A stretch of DNA of 32,000 bases, taken from Nonlabens ponticola. Its GTDB lineage: Bacteria; Bacteroidota; Bacteroidia; Flavobacteriales; Flavobacteriaceae. Below, piece after piece: positions 7,008 to 16,261 of the stretch (positions within the stretch are counted from its first letter, which is position 1; every line of letters starts with the position of its first letter). The stretch is taken from the NCBI RefSeq assembly GCF_003966335.1, contig NZ_CP034549.1:1260001-1292000 (forward strand), written 5' to 3'. The notes beneath the pieces were generated by a model. The model had not been told where the DNA came from and searched no databases. It saw only the letters and a list, made by a program, of their open reading frames with translations. The position numbers and the translations under genes are program-made.

Positions 7008-8768
7008 CTATGCGATGGGTTGTTGTTCCAGCATTTGATTTGCGTACAACTCTGCATAGAAACCACCATTGTTTACAAGTGATTGATGGTCACCTTGTTC
7101 GATGATTCTACCTTCATCCAATACTATGATCATGTCGGCATTTTTGGCGCTGCTCACACGGTGGCTCACGATGATAGTGGTCGTATCCTGAGTCACCTTT
7201 TTGAGATTGTTCAGTATCTTTTCTTCAGTCTCTGTATCAACGGCACTCAAACAATCGTCAAACAATAGGATTTTAGGTTGCTTAATAATCGCACGCGCAA
7301 TGGAAACGCGTTGTTTTTGACCACCACTTAATGTGATGCCACGTTCACCTAGAACGGTGTCGTATCCAAGGGTGAAATTCTTAATGTTTTTATGCACCAC
7401 TGCATTTTTGGCAGCAGTTTCAATCTCCTCTTGACTGGCATCATTTTTACCAAAGGCGATATTTTTACCTATCGTATCAGAAAACAGAAACGCATCTTGA
7501 GGTACATAACCTATAGCTTGTCGCAAATCGTCAAGATTTACAGACTGGATCGCATCGCCATCGATGGTCACGACACCATCAGTAACGTCATATAATCTAC
7601 CAATTAACTCTAGTACGGTACTTTTACCGCTTCCTGTTTTACCTAAGATCGCGAGTGTTTTTCCTGCCGGCACTTCAAAGCTCAGGTCTTTCAATGCATG
7701 AATATTAGTATCCTCATAAACGAAGTTGACATTCTTAAATTCAATATGACCCGTAACCCGTGATGATTCTGGTACTAGATTTTGAATTTGTGGTTCAATG
7801 TCTAGGAATTGATTGATGCGTTTTTGAGAAGCCTCAGCCTGCTGGATCATGTTAGTCACCCAACCTACAATAGCTACTGGCCAGGTAAGCATATTAACAT
7901 ATATCAGGAATTCTGGAATGGTACCTACTTCAATCTCACCGCTGATCACCTGTCGCCCACCAATGTAAATAACGGCAATATTACTGGCACCTATGAGCAG
8001 CACCATCAAAGGAAAAAATAAGGCCTGCACTCTAGCGAGATCTATATTTTTATCCTTGCTGTCATTTGCTACCTGCGAGAACTGCTGGTTCATCTGCGGC
8101 GCTAGATTATATGCCTTAATTACTGAAATCCCGCTAAAGGCTTCTTGCGATATCGTGTTAAGATTAGAAAGATATTGTTGTACCAGTGTCGATCGCTTGT
8201 GGATCTCACGGCTTACAATGTAGATCGCTATCGATAGGAAAGGCAAAGGTACGATGGTGTAAAGTGCTAGTGTTGGTGCCGTATTGATCATGGCAGGTAT
8301 TACCACCGCAAACAAAGTGATCATATTAATACCATACATAATCGATGGCCCCATGTACATGCGCACTTTAGAGACGTCCTCGCTTATACGATTCATCAAA
8401 TCACCTGTACGGTTGTTTTTATAGAAACCCAATGATAATCGCTGGTATTGCTGATAAATAATATTCTTAAGGTCGTATTCCAGATGGCGTGAAACGACAA
8501 TAATTAGCTGGCGCATGATAAAAGTAAGACCAGCAGCTAGTAATGTCGCGCCCAGAATAATCCCGACAAAAGTGAGTAGCTCGCTGCGCAAGAATTCCAT
8601 GTCAGTCACATCGCCTTGATCATAATCTCTCAGGAGATTGATAATCTTACCTACATATTTAGGAAGCACCAGCGATAGGACGCGCGATATGATGGTAACA
8701 ACGATACCACCTATCAATTGCCATTTATATTTTGCAAATAAACGGTTGAGCTTTTTAAGTTCTTTCAT
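7008..8768 (-). CDS. ABC transporter, fused permease/ATPase (MsbA-like exporter)
   Basis: 586 aa. N-terminal six-TM-type region. Walker A GKTGSGKST, signature LSGGQKQR, Walker B ILLFDD. Confidence 0.9.
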   Translation of the reverse strand: MKELKKLNRLFAKYKWQLIGGIVVTIISRVLSLVLPKYVGKIINLLRDYDQGDVTDMEFLRSELLTFVGIILGATLLAAGLTFIMRQLIIVVSRHLEYDLKNIIYQQYQRLSLGFYKNNRTGDLMNRISEDVSKVRMYMGPSIMYGINMITLFAVVIPAMINTAPTLALYTIVPLPFLSIAIYIVSREIHKRSTLVQQYLSNLNTISQEAFSGISVIKAYNLAPQMNQQFSQVANDSKDKNIDLARVQALFFPLMVLLIGASNIAVIYIGGRQVISGEIEVGTIPEFLIYVNMLTWPVAIVGWVTNMIQQAEASQKRINQFLDIEPQIQNLVPESSRVTGHIEFKNVNFVYEDTNIHALKDLSFEVPAGKTLAILGKTGSGKSTVLELIGRLYDVTDGVVTIDGDAIQSVNLDDLRQAIGYVPQDAFLFSDTIGKNIAFGKNDASQEEIETAAKNAVVHKNIKNFTLGYDTVLGERGITLSGGQKQRVSIARAIIKQPKILLFDDCLSAVDTETEEKILNNLKKVTQDTTTIIVSHRVSSAKNADMIIVLDEGRIIEQGDHQSLVNNGGFYAELYANQMLEQQPIA

Positions 8769-8823
8769 GTAAAATAGCTCGCTGTTTTGAACCTGCGGCG
8801 CGGTGTGATATTAATGATACTGG

Positions 8824-8854
8824 TTGGTCAATTTGTAAAATCAAAGTACTTTTG
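8824..8854 (+). promoter_or_regulatory. Putative Bacteroidota sigma-A promoter for the dehydrogenase gene
   Basis: TTG (8824-8826), 20-nt spacer, TACTTTTG (8847-8854) matching the TAnnTTTG -7 consensus. 40 nt upstream of the ATG. Confidence 0.35.
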
Positions 8855-8894
8855 CCAGCCCTTAATTGGGAACAAAAGAGCTTAAAAAATCATT

Positions 8895-9998
8895 ATGTCT
8901 CAACAACAATTTACGACTCTGGATCAAATAATCAATCAGGATCCCGTATTTGGACAACTGTCCTTTAATGACCATGAACAAGTTGTGTTTTGCAATGACA
9001 AAGATACAGGTTTAAAGGCCATCATAGGAATTCATAATACGGTGTTAGGCCCAGCTTTAGGTGGCACCAGAATGTGGAATTATGACAATGAGTGGTCTGC
9101 ACTCAATGACGCGTTAAGGTTGTCACGTGGGATGACTTATAAAAGTGCGATTACTGGACTTAATCTAGGTGGTGGCAAGGCCGTGATTATAGGCGATGCA
9201 AAAACACAGAAAACGCCAGAAATGATGCGTAAGTTCGGTGAATTTGTGCATTCTTTGAGCGGTAAATACATCACTGCCGAAGACGTAGGAATGACTACAG
9301 AAGACATGGATACCGTGAGAGAAGTCACTCCTTATGTTACAGGAATCTCACAGGAAAAAGGTGGTGCAGGAAATCCATCGCCCATCACGGCCTACGGTGT
9401 TTTTATGGGAATGAAAGCAGCGGCTCAATATAAATTTGGCACTGATGTTCTTGAGGATAAAGTGATTTATGTAGAAGGTATAGGTAATGTAGGTGAGACG
9501 CTGGTCGAGCATTTAACTGAAGAAGGCGCCAAGGTCTTCATCGCAGATATCAATCGCGAACGGCTGGAAGAGGTGAGAGCAAAGTATGGCGCGACCATCT
9601 ATGAAGGATCAGACCTGCATGCAGAGCCTATGGATATCTATGCACCTTGTGCGCTGGGCGCGACTGTCAATGATAATAGCATCAATAAGTTTCAGGCCAG
9701 TGTTATCGCTGGTGCCGCAAACAATCAGTTGGCAGATGAGCATAAGCACGGCATGTTATTGCAGCAGCGTGGTATCGTCTATGCGCCAGATTTCTTGATC
9801 AACGCAGGTGGAATCATCAATGTCTATGCAGAGCTGGAAGGCTATGACCGCAACGAGATCATGCGCAAGACAGAGAATATCTATACCACGACGCTGGAAA
9901 TCTTTAATAAAGCACAGGAAAATGGCGTGACTACACACCTTGCAGCTCTTCAAATCGCCGAGGCTCGTATCAATGCCAGGAGAAAGGACAACCACTAG
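8895..9998 (+). CDS. Leu/Phe/Val (Glu/Leu/Phe/Val family) amino-acid dehydrogenase
   Basis: 367 aa. GPALGGTRMW, LGGGKAVIIGD and GIGNVG Rossmann motifs. Confidence 0.85.
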   Translation: MSQQQFTTLDQIINQDPVFGQLSFNDHEQVVFCNDKDTGLKAIIGIHNTVLGPALGGTRMWNYDNEWSALNDALRLSRGMTYKSAITGLNLGGGKAVIIGDAKTQKTPEMMRKFGEFVHSLSGKYITAEDVGMTTEDMDTVREVTPYVTGISQEKGGAGNPSPITAYGVFMGMKAAAQYKFGTDVLEDKVIYVEGIGNVGETLVEHLTEEGAKVFIADINRERLEEVRAKYGATIYEGSDLHAEPMDIYAPCALGATVNDNSINKFQASVIAGAANNQLADEHKHGMLLQQRGIVYAPDFLINAGGIINVYAELEGYDRNEIMRKTENIYTTTLEIFNKAQENGVTTHLAALQIAEARINARRKDNH

Positions 9999-10021
9999 TC
10001 AATAATGTAGCAACAAGCTTG

Positions 10022-10050
10022 TTGATTGCAGTGGGCTTGTTGTAATTTTG
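10022..10050 (+). promoter_or_regulatory. Putative promoter for nusB
   Basis: TTG (10022-10024), 18-nt spacer, TAATTTTG (10043-10050) matching TAnnTTTG. Its last G is the first base of palindrome copy 4. Confidence 0.4.
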
Positions 10051-10063
10051 CTTTCGCGAAAGC
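10050..10063. repeat. GCTTTCGCGAAAGC palindrome, copy 4 (intergenic, abuts putative nusB -7 box)
   Basis: Exact 14/14. Confidence 0.95.
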
Positions 10064-10109
10064 TGAATCACCAACAGCTTTCAAAACATACCAAAGAAAT
10101 TACGTTCTT

Positions 10110-11048
10110 ATGCTTACTAGACGACAATTGCGCATCAAGGTTATGCAGGCAGTATTTTCATTTCACAGGCAGCGACCTGATGATTTGAAGGATCTTGAGA
10201 AATTCCTGAATTCCAGCATGACGCAAACGTTGACCTTGTTTTTGTACATGGCACAATTACTTGTTCGTTTGCATGAAATAGCGGTAGAAAAACATAAGGC
10301 GGCACAGTCACGCCATTTAGGGTCTCAGGCAGAGAAAAATATCACCAGCGCACTTATCGATAATGTAGTTCTCAAGCAATTAGCAAGTAGCGAGGTGCTC
10401 AAAGAAGCCCTTGCAAAACGTAAGTTGAAACCTTGGGATCTAGACTCAAAATATGTTGAGAACATCTACAACGACATTATCAAGAGTAAGGAATATGTGA
10501 TGTATGCTAGCGAGCCTAGCCCATCCATTAAAAAAGATCAAACTTTCATCACTAACATTTATACTGATGTAATCGCGCCCAGCGACCAACTCATGGATTA
10601 TCTAGAAGATGTGCATATCACATGGATGGACGATTATCCACTAGTAAATACGGCGATGATCATGTTCCTGCGCAAAGTGAAGCCTAACAAAGAGGTGAAG
10701 CTTCCAGAACTAGTTAAGGATACTGATGATATCAAGTTTGCGATGGAGCTATTCCGCAAGACGATCTTGAATCATGATGAGCTGGCTAAAAGAGTAGAAG
10801 GTAAAACGCCTAACTGGGATAAAGATCGTATCGCACAGATAGATAGCGTCCTCATTATGATGGCGCAATGTGAGTTTTTATATTTTCCAACGATACCTGT
10901 TAAGGTAAGTCTCAATGAATATCTAGAGATTTCAAAGGATTATAGCTCACCTAAGAGTAGCGTTTTTATCAACGGTATCCTCGATAATCTCCTCAAACAA
11001 TTTCAAAAGAACGATCAGATCAATAAGATAGGTCGTGGAACAATGTAA
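10110..11048 (+). CDS. nusB: Transcription antitermination factor NusB (long Bacteroidota form)
   Basis: ORF 10026-11048. I prefer ATG 10110 (MLTRRQLRIKVMQAVFSF). C-terminal DKDRIAQIDSVLIMMAQCEFLYF...VSLNEYLEISKDYSSPKSSVFINGILDNL is the NusB signature. Confidence 0.75.
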   Translation: MLTRRQLRIKVMQAVFSFHRQRPDDLKDLEKFLNSSMTQTLTLFLYMAQLLVRLHEIAVEKHKAAQSRHLGSQAEKNITSALIDNVVLKQLASSEVLKEALAKRKLKPWDLDSKYVENIYNDIIKSKEYVMYASEPSPSIKKDQTFITNIYTDVIAPSDQLMDYLEDVHITWMDDYPLVNTAMIMFLRKVKPNKEVKLPELVKDTDDIKFAMELFRKTILNHDELAKRVEGKTPNWDKDRIAQIDSVLIMMAQCEFLYFPTIPVKVSLNEYLEISKDYSSPKSSVFINGILDNLLKQFQKNDQINKIGRGTM

Positions 11049-11062
11049 GTAAAGTACGAGCG

Positions 11063-11093
11063 TTGTAAACAAGTAGCCATTTAAGTATATTTG
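11063..11093 (+). promoter_or_regulatory. Putative promoter for DUF1573-yajC
   Basis: TTG (11063-11065), 20-nt spacer, TATATTTG (11086-11093). 23 nt upstream of the ATG. Confidence 0.4.
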
Positions 11094-11116
11094 AACCCTT
11101 AATTAAACAGCATAAA

Positions 11117-11587
11117 ATGAAAAGATTAGTATTGATAGTTGCAGCAGCAACAGCGACATTATTTACAAGTTGTAACGAGAGCGCATCTGCCAAAATTGAT
11201 GAAGCAAACCTTACAGCAGCAGCACAGCGTGATGCAGTAAAGCAAGATTACCCTGAGATGACTTTTGACGAGACGTCTTATGACTTTGGTACCGTGACTG
11301 AAGGTACAGTAGTAGAACACGAGTACACTTTTACAAACACAGGTTCATCACCACTTGTAATTGTAAATGCAAAAGGTAGCTGTGGTTGTACCGTTCCTAC
11401 ATGGACTAAGGAACCAGTAGCGCCAGGCGAGAAAGGTATGATGCTAGTAAAGTTCAACACCAGCGGTAAGCCAGATGCACAGACTAAAACAGTAACGATC
11501 AAAACCAATACTAAGTCTGGACAAGAGTCTATCACAATCAATGGTTTTGTTACTCCACGCGGTCAAGCGGCAACGCCTAACGCTTAA
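11117..11587 (+). CDS. DUF1573-domain lipoprotein
   Basis: 156 aa. Signal plus lipobox (LFTSC). FDFGTV...HEYTFTNTGSSPLVI...GSCGCTVP is typical of DUF1573. nusB-DUF1573-yajC order is conserved. Confidence 0.75.
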   Translation: MKRLVLIVAAATATLFTSCNESASAKIDEANLTAAAQRDAVKQDYPEMTFDETSYDFGTVTEGTVVEHEYTFTNTGSSPLVIVNAKGSCGCTVPTWTKEPVAPGEKGMMLVKFNTSGKPDAQTKTVTIKTNTKSGQESITINGFVTPRGQAATPNA

Positions 11588-11595
11588 TACATTTC

Positions 11596-11886
11596 ATGGA
11601 ACAGATTTTACAGTTTGCGCCGTACATATTAATTGTACTGGTCTTTTATTTCTTAATCATTAGACCACAATCCAAACGACGCAAAGAAGAAAAACAATTT
11701 GCCGAATCTTTAAAAGTAGGTGATAGAGTCATCACAACCAGCGGTATTCATGGCAAGGTTAATCAGATCAATGCCGAGAAAGGTACCGTAATGGTGGACA
11801 CCAATGCAGGAAAGCTACTTTTTGAAAGATCAGCTATATCAGTTGAGCTTACAAGAAAGCTGCAAGCACCTGCTGAGAAGAAGTAA
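11596..11886 (+). CDS. yajC: Preprotein translocase subunit YajC
   Basis: 96 aa. Single TM, then RPQSKRRKE...LKVGDRVITTSGIHGKV, the YajC motif. Confidence 0.85.
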   Translation: MEQILQFAPYILIVLVFYFLIIRPQSKRRKEEKQFAESLKVGDRVITTSGIHGKVNQINAEKGTVMVDTNAGKLLFERSAISVELTRKLQAPAEKK

Positions 11887-11906
11887 TTCTAAATCAAATA
11901 GTTTTC

Positions 11907-11939
11907 AAAAACCCTCGATATTCGAGGGTTTTTTGTTTT
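11907..11939 (+). terminator. Rho-independent terminator after yajC
   Basis: aaaaaCCCTCGAtatTCGAGGGttttttgtttt. Confidence 0.85.
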
Positions 11940-11980
11940 GCTTTCGAGTTGCCTTCGAGAAACGCCGATTAAGAAGCTAA

Positions 11981-12469
11981 TCAATAATTTTCCCGCATTC
12001 CAGGCAAGTTTTTCCAGCGATCTGACTCGGCAAACTCTTTGAGTAATTGATTGCGACGCTTTAATAAATCAGTCATGTATTTTTTGAGGAAAATGGCATC
12101 TACTAGTGAGCCTAGGATACCTAATGGCGAGTCGTAGTCAAAAATGTCTCGCATTATACATCCATTACTTGAGGTTTCAAAAAAGTGCTCATGTTTGAAT
12201 CTCTTGAAAGCGCCACTTTTCATCTCATCAGCAAAGTAGTGATGAGGTTGCACGGCTATGATTTTGCTGGTAAGTTTTTGGGTGATGCCTAGATGCTTGG
12301 CTTGCCAGGTTACGGTCTCGCCTTGTTGAACCAATCCAGATGTTCTGCCTGCAATGGCTTTCTCATTAGTATGCTCCATCGAGTGCTCGTGCAAATCAAT
12401 ACTACGCGCCAGATCAAAGACTAGTTCAATGGGTGCTTTGATTTCGGTTCTCAGATGAATGCTGGGCAT
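11981..12469 (-). CDS. SRPBCC (START/polyketide-cyclase-like) family protein
   Basis: ORF 11981-12577. I prefer ATG at 12469 (MPSIHLRTEIKAPIELVFDLARSIDLH), which is the usual SRPBCC N-terminus. The upstream extension would overlap the glgE start. Confidence 0.65.
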   Translation of the reverse strand: MPSIHLRTEIKAPIELVFDLARSIDLHEHSMEHTNEKAIAGRTSGLVQQGETVTWQAKHLGITQKLTSKIIAVQPHHYFADEMKSGAFKRFKHEHFFETSSNGCIMRDIFDYDSPLGILGSLVDAIFLKKYMTDLLKRRNQLLKEFAESDRWKNLPGMRENY

Positions 12470-12551
12470 GAAGCTGTGGTCGTTAGGTTGAATGGTTACG
12501 GTGATCGCAATCGCTTTCGTAAAAATAACCCACGAGTAACATGTCATTTCA

Positions 12552-12559
12552 TACATTTG
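12552..12559 (+). promoter_or_regulatory. Putative -7 box for the glgE operon
   Basis: TACATTTG matches TAnnTTTG and ends 16 nt before the glgE ATG. No clear -33 TTG. Confidence 0.35.
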
Positions 12560-12575
12560 AGAAAACCTTACCAAC

Positions 12576-14510
12576 ATGAATCAGGAACGAGTTGTCATTG
12601 AGAACGTCCAGCCGCAAATCAACGCTGGTAGACATCCCATAAAACGCATTAGTCAGGAAACGGTCCATGTGAGCGCAAATGTTTTGGTGGACGGTCACGA
12701 TATCGTTCAGGCCTCTGTCATGTACAAACATGAAAAGGCTCGCAAGTGGCAAGAGAACAGACTTTTAGATCAAGGCAATGACCTTTGGAGTGGTTCTTTC
12801 CAAGTAGAAAAACTGGGTTCTTATGAATATAAACTTGTGGGTTGGGTCGATTACGCACTCAATTGGCAGCATGGAATTTCCCGCAAACTGGCAGATGGTC
12901 AACACGTGAAAAGTGAGTTGCTTGATGGAGTGATTCATTTGGAGCACGCTTTCGCGAAAGCAAACAAAACAGAGTCATCATACCTTAAAAAAACCATCGA
13001 ACTATTTCAAAACGATGCTGACTATGACGCCGCAGTTCAGATAGCCACATCAAGCGAGTTGCACGACATTTTCTACAAATATCCAGCTAGATTATTCCTA
13101 GCCAGCAGCGATAGTTATACGTGTACTGTCGATAGAAAAAAGGCACGATTCTCAACCTGGTATGAGTTTTTCCCACGCAGTGCAGGCAGCAATTATGAGC
13201 ACGGTACATTCAAGGATTGTGAGAAACTGTTGCCATACGTGCAGGAAATGGGTTTTGATACCTTGTATTTTCCACCAGTTCATCCAGTTGGAGACGTAAA
13301 TAGAAAGGGAAAGAACAATACTACGACCGCGCACGGCGACGATGTAGGTTCTTGTTGGGGTATCGGTTCTAAGCATGGTGGTCATATGGCGTTGCATCCA
13401 CATCTGGGTAGTGAGGAAGATTTTAAGGAACTTATCCAGCAAGCCAAATCCTTAGGTATAGAAGTGTCAATGGATTATGCATTACAAGCAGCACCAGATC
13501 ATCCATGGGTAAAGAAACACAAAGCGTGGTTCCGTTGGAGACCTGATGGTACGGTTCAGTATGCAGAAAATCCGCCGAAAAAATATCAGGATATTCTACC
13601 TATTTATTTCGAGACGCCAGACTGGAAAAATCTTTGGAAAGAATTGCTGAAAATCGCTTTGTATTGGGTAGAAGAGTTTGATATCAAAGTATTTAGAGTT
13701 GATAATCCGCATACCAAACCTTTTCATTTTTGGGAATACTTGATAAGCGAGGTCAAGAAAAAGCACAACGATGTGATCTTTCTTGCTGAGGCTTTTACCA
13801 AACCTAAGGTGATGCAGCAGCTTGCCAAGGTAGGCTTCCAGCAATCCTACACTTATTTCACCTGGCGCAACAACAAACACGAGCTCACCGAGTATTTGAC
13901 AGAGCTTACCCAGAATCAAGAACGTGAATACATGCAGCCCAATTTCTGGCCCAACACTCCAGATATCAATCCATGGGCACTGCAGTCGGGAAATGAGAGT
14001 GTGCATTTACAACGCTATGCACTAGCCGCAACTTTAAGTTCCAGTATCGGGATTTATGGGCCTGTTTTTGAGCAAATGATATCGAGTGCCTTGCCAGGCA
14101 AGGAAGAATATCTAGATTCAGAAAAGTTCCAGATTGCTAACTACGACTGGAGTTTACGCAACAAACTCACACTCTTGATCACCAAAATCAATCAAGCGCG
14201 CCATGATTTGCCAGCCTTGCAACAAACCAATAACCTACAGTTTTTGCACAATGATAATGACCAGCTATTGACCTATTATAAGTGGAGTGATAATCATCAA
14301 AGTGAGGTGATCGTGGCGGTAAACTTGGATCCACATTATGAGCAGGAAAGTTGGGTTGCCATGCCACTAGAGCGCATGCAAATAGATGAGCATCATACCT
14401 ACACCGTTAAAGATGTGATCACAGGTAGCAGTTACAACTGGAAAGGCACGCACAATTTTGTAAAACTCAACCCAGTTTTGCCGTTTCACATTTTTGAGGT
14501 GCAGCGATAG
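12576..14510 (+). CDS. glgE: Alpha-1,4-glucan:maltose-1-phosphate maltosyltransferase
   Basis: 644 aa. N-terminus RVVIENVQPQINAGRHPIKR and FRVDNPHTKPFHFWE match GlgE hallmarks (GH13_3). Confidence 0.85.
   Translation: MNQERVVIENVQPQINAGRHPIKRISQETVHVSANVLVDGHDIVQASVMYKHEKARKWQENRLLDQGNDLWSGSFQVEKLGSYEYKLVGWVDYALNWQHGISRKLADGQHVKSELLDGVIHLEHAFAKANKTESSYLKKTIELFQNDADYDAAVQIATSSELHDIFYKYPARLFLASSDSYTCTVDRKKARFSTWYEFFPRSAGSNYEHGTFKDCEKLLPYVQEMGFDTLYFPPVHPVGDVNRKGKNNTTTAHGDDVGSCWGIGSKHGGHMALHPHLGSEEDFKELIQQAKSLGIEVSMDYALQAAPDHPWVKKHKAWFRWRPDGTVQYAENPPKKYQDILPIYFETPDWKNLWKELLKIALYWVEEFDIKVFRVDNPHTKPFHFWEYLISEVKKKHNDVIFLAEAFTKPKVMQQLAKVGFQQSYTYFTWRNNKHELTEYLTELTQNQEREYMQPNFWPNTPDINPWALQSGNESVHLQRYALAATLSSSIGIYGPVFEQMISSALPGKEEYLDSEKFQIANYDWSLRNKLTLLITKINQARHDLPALQQTNNLQFLHNDNDQLLTYYKWSDNHQSEVIVAVNLDPHYEQESWVAMPLERMQIDEHHTYTVKDVITGSSYNWKGTHNFVKLNPVLPFHIFEVQR
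12948..12961. repeat. GCTTTCGCGAAAGC palindrome, copy 5 (inside glgE, AFAKA)
   Basis: Exact 14/14. Confidence 0.95.
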
Positions 14511-14594
14511 ATATAGAAAGCAAATCTGAGGTATTGAAAACCTACAGAATTATTTATATCTTCAAGGACACTACAATCAACCACCTGACCTACC

Positions 14595-16217
14595 ATGTCT
14601 AAAGTAAAACTGACCAATCCCACGCGATGGGAAAACCTGCTGGATGATCCAGCTTTCAAGAAACAATTGACTGAAGATGTACTAGAGAACTATGTGGTCT
14701 CACAACGATGGTACGGTGGCAAGAGTAGTACACTCAAATACCTAGAGATTAGTGAGTTTTTTACCATAGCGCATAAAGGCGATCACTTTTATGGCTTGCT
14801 GCTTGAAGTCAATTTTAAAGAAGCTTTTTACCAGCATTATTTTCTACCGCTAGGCTTTGTGGAGGACAAAAAGGCGGCTGGCGATGGTCTTATTGCGCCA
14901 GTTCAATTAGGTGAGAAGACAGGTTACTTGGTTGATGCTTTATACCTCGATTCCTTTAGAAAAGTTCTCTTTGAAAAAATTATTGAGTCGCATCCTGTAG
15001 AAGGATTGGGTACTATAACTTTTCACGCAGGCGAGCAACTGGAAGAAACGGAGTATATAAGCAGCAGATTCCTGGGTGCAGAGCAATCCAATACCAGCAT
15101 CATTTTTAATGATAAACACATTATCAAATTCTTCCGCAGGATTTATAGCAGTACCAATCCAGATTACCAGATTTGCCGCTACCTGACTGAGCATACCAAC
15201 TTTGACAGATCGCCTACCTATACCGGTTCGATTAATCTAAATATTGTAAAGCGGCACGATATCACGCTGGCATTAATGCAAAAACTGGTGCCCAATGACG
15301 GTGATGGTTGGGAATGGATGTTGGGAGAATTAAAGACTGTTTTTAGCACGCTTTCGCGAAAGCATATTGACCCAAACACCTTGCCAGAAGTACAATTATT
15401 TTCTAGGCTCAAGCTGCGCGAGGTACCGCACGAGATCGTCGACTGGACTGGGCTGGATTTGTTGAAACGCATCAGGACACTTGCGTTGCGCACGGCACAA
15501 TTTCACGTGGCGATAGGAGCAGAGCGCAATGATTTGAAATTTACAGCAGATAAGTACAATGGAGATTATAACGTATGGCTTAAGAATAGGTTGCTGTACA
15601 TGTTCCAAAATCGACTGAATACGGTAGAGAACAACCTACATAAATTGAAAGATGAAGCGCTGGAATTGGCTCAAGAATTATTGGAGCGCAAGAATGAGGT
15701 GCGTGCGCGATTTATAGAATTTGACTGGCACCACATGAAAGGTGAGCGCATTCGTATCCATGGTGATTACCATCTTGGGCAAGTGCTGGTAGATGGCGAG
15801 GATTTTTATTTACTGGATTTTGAAGGCGAGCCTGAAAGTACTATTCGTGATCGCAAGGTGAAGCAAATGCCACAAAAGGATCTTGCAGGAATGTTCCGCA
15901 GTTTTCATTATGCCATTTATTCAACCATTTTTGAGCATCGTGATCAACTAGGTTTACCAATAGAAGATTTGTATAAAGCGGGCGAACTGTTGTACAAGTA
16001 TTTGATTTCCATATTTCTAGACACTTATCTGCATCATGTACATAACAACAACTTAAACATAGGCTACCAGAAAGAGGTCAATTTCTTGTTACAATTTTGT
16101 CTGCTTGAAAAGGCAATTTATGAACTGGGATACGAATTCAATTCTAGACCTAGCTGGGCGATCATACCACTGCGAGGTATTCAAAGCATTATGAATCACA
16201 AGCAGCAAAAAGTCTAA
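14595..16217 (+). CDS. mak: Maltokinase (Mak/Pep2-like, stand-alone, not fused to TreS)
   Basis: 540 aa. IHGDYHLGQVLV...FYLLDFEGEP matches the aminoglycoside-phosphotransferase-like Mak catalytic motifs. Lies between glgE and glgB. Confidence 0.7.
   Translation: MSKVKLTNPTRWENLLDDPAFKKQLTEDVLENYVVSQRWYGGKSSTLKYLEISEFFTIAHKGDHFYGLLLEVNFKEAFYQHYFLPLGFVEDKKAAGDGLIAPVQLGEKTGYLVDALYLDSFRKVLFEKIIESHPVEGLGTITFHAGEQLEETEYISSRFLGAEQSNTSIIFNDKHIIKFFRRIYSSTNPDYQICRYLTEHTNFDRSPTYTGSINLNIVKRHDITLALMQKLVPNDGDGWEWMLGELKTVFSTLSRKHIDPNTLPEVQLFSRLKLREVPHEIVDWTGLDLLKRIRTLALRTAQFHVAIGAERNDLKFTADKYNGDYNVWLKNRLLYMFQNRLNTVENNLHKLKDEALELAQELLERKNEVRARFIEFDWHHMKGERIRIHGDYHLGQVLVDGEDFYLLDFEGEPESTIRDRKVKQMPQKDLAGMFRSFHYAIYSTIFEHRDQLGLPIEDLYKAGELLYKYLISIFLDTYLHHVHNNNLNIGYQKEVNFLLQFCLLEKAIYELGYEFNSRPSWAIIPLRGIQSIMNHKQQKV
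15350..15363. repeat. GCTTTCGCGAAAGC palindrome, copy 6 (inside maltokinase, LSRK)
   Basis: Exact 14/14. Confidence 0.95.
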
Positions 16218-16261
16218 TTTACATATTGCAATCTCTAAAATCTTCAATCAATAAACCAACC

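Noticed and set aside
10026-10109. N-terminal extension of nusB (MQWACCNFAFAKAES...) containing a palindrome copy
   Set aside because: The extension is not NusB-like and would swallow a good TAnnTTTG promoter box. The ATG at 10110 gives the canonical MLTRRQLRIKVMQ N-terminus.
12470-12577. 36-codon N-terminal extension of the SRPBCC ORF, and the 67-aa minus ORF at 12549-12752
   Set aside because: The extension overlaps the glgE start and promoter, and its composition is not protein-like. The SRPBCC fold begins at MPSIHLRTEIKAP. The 67-aa ORF is antisense to glgE.
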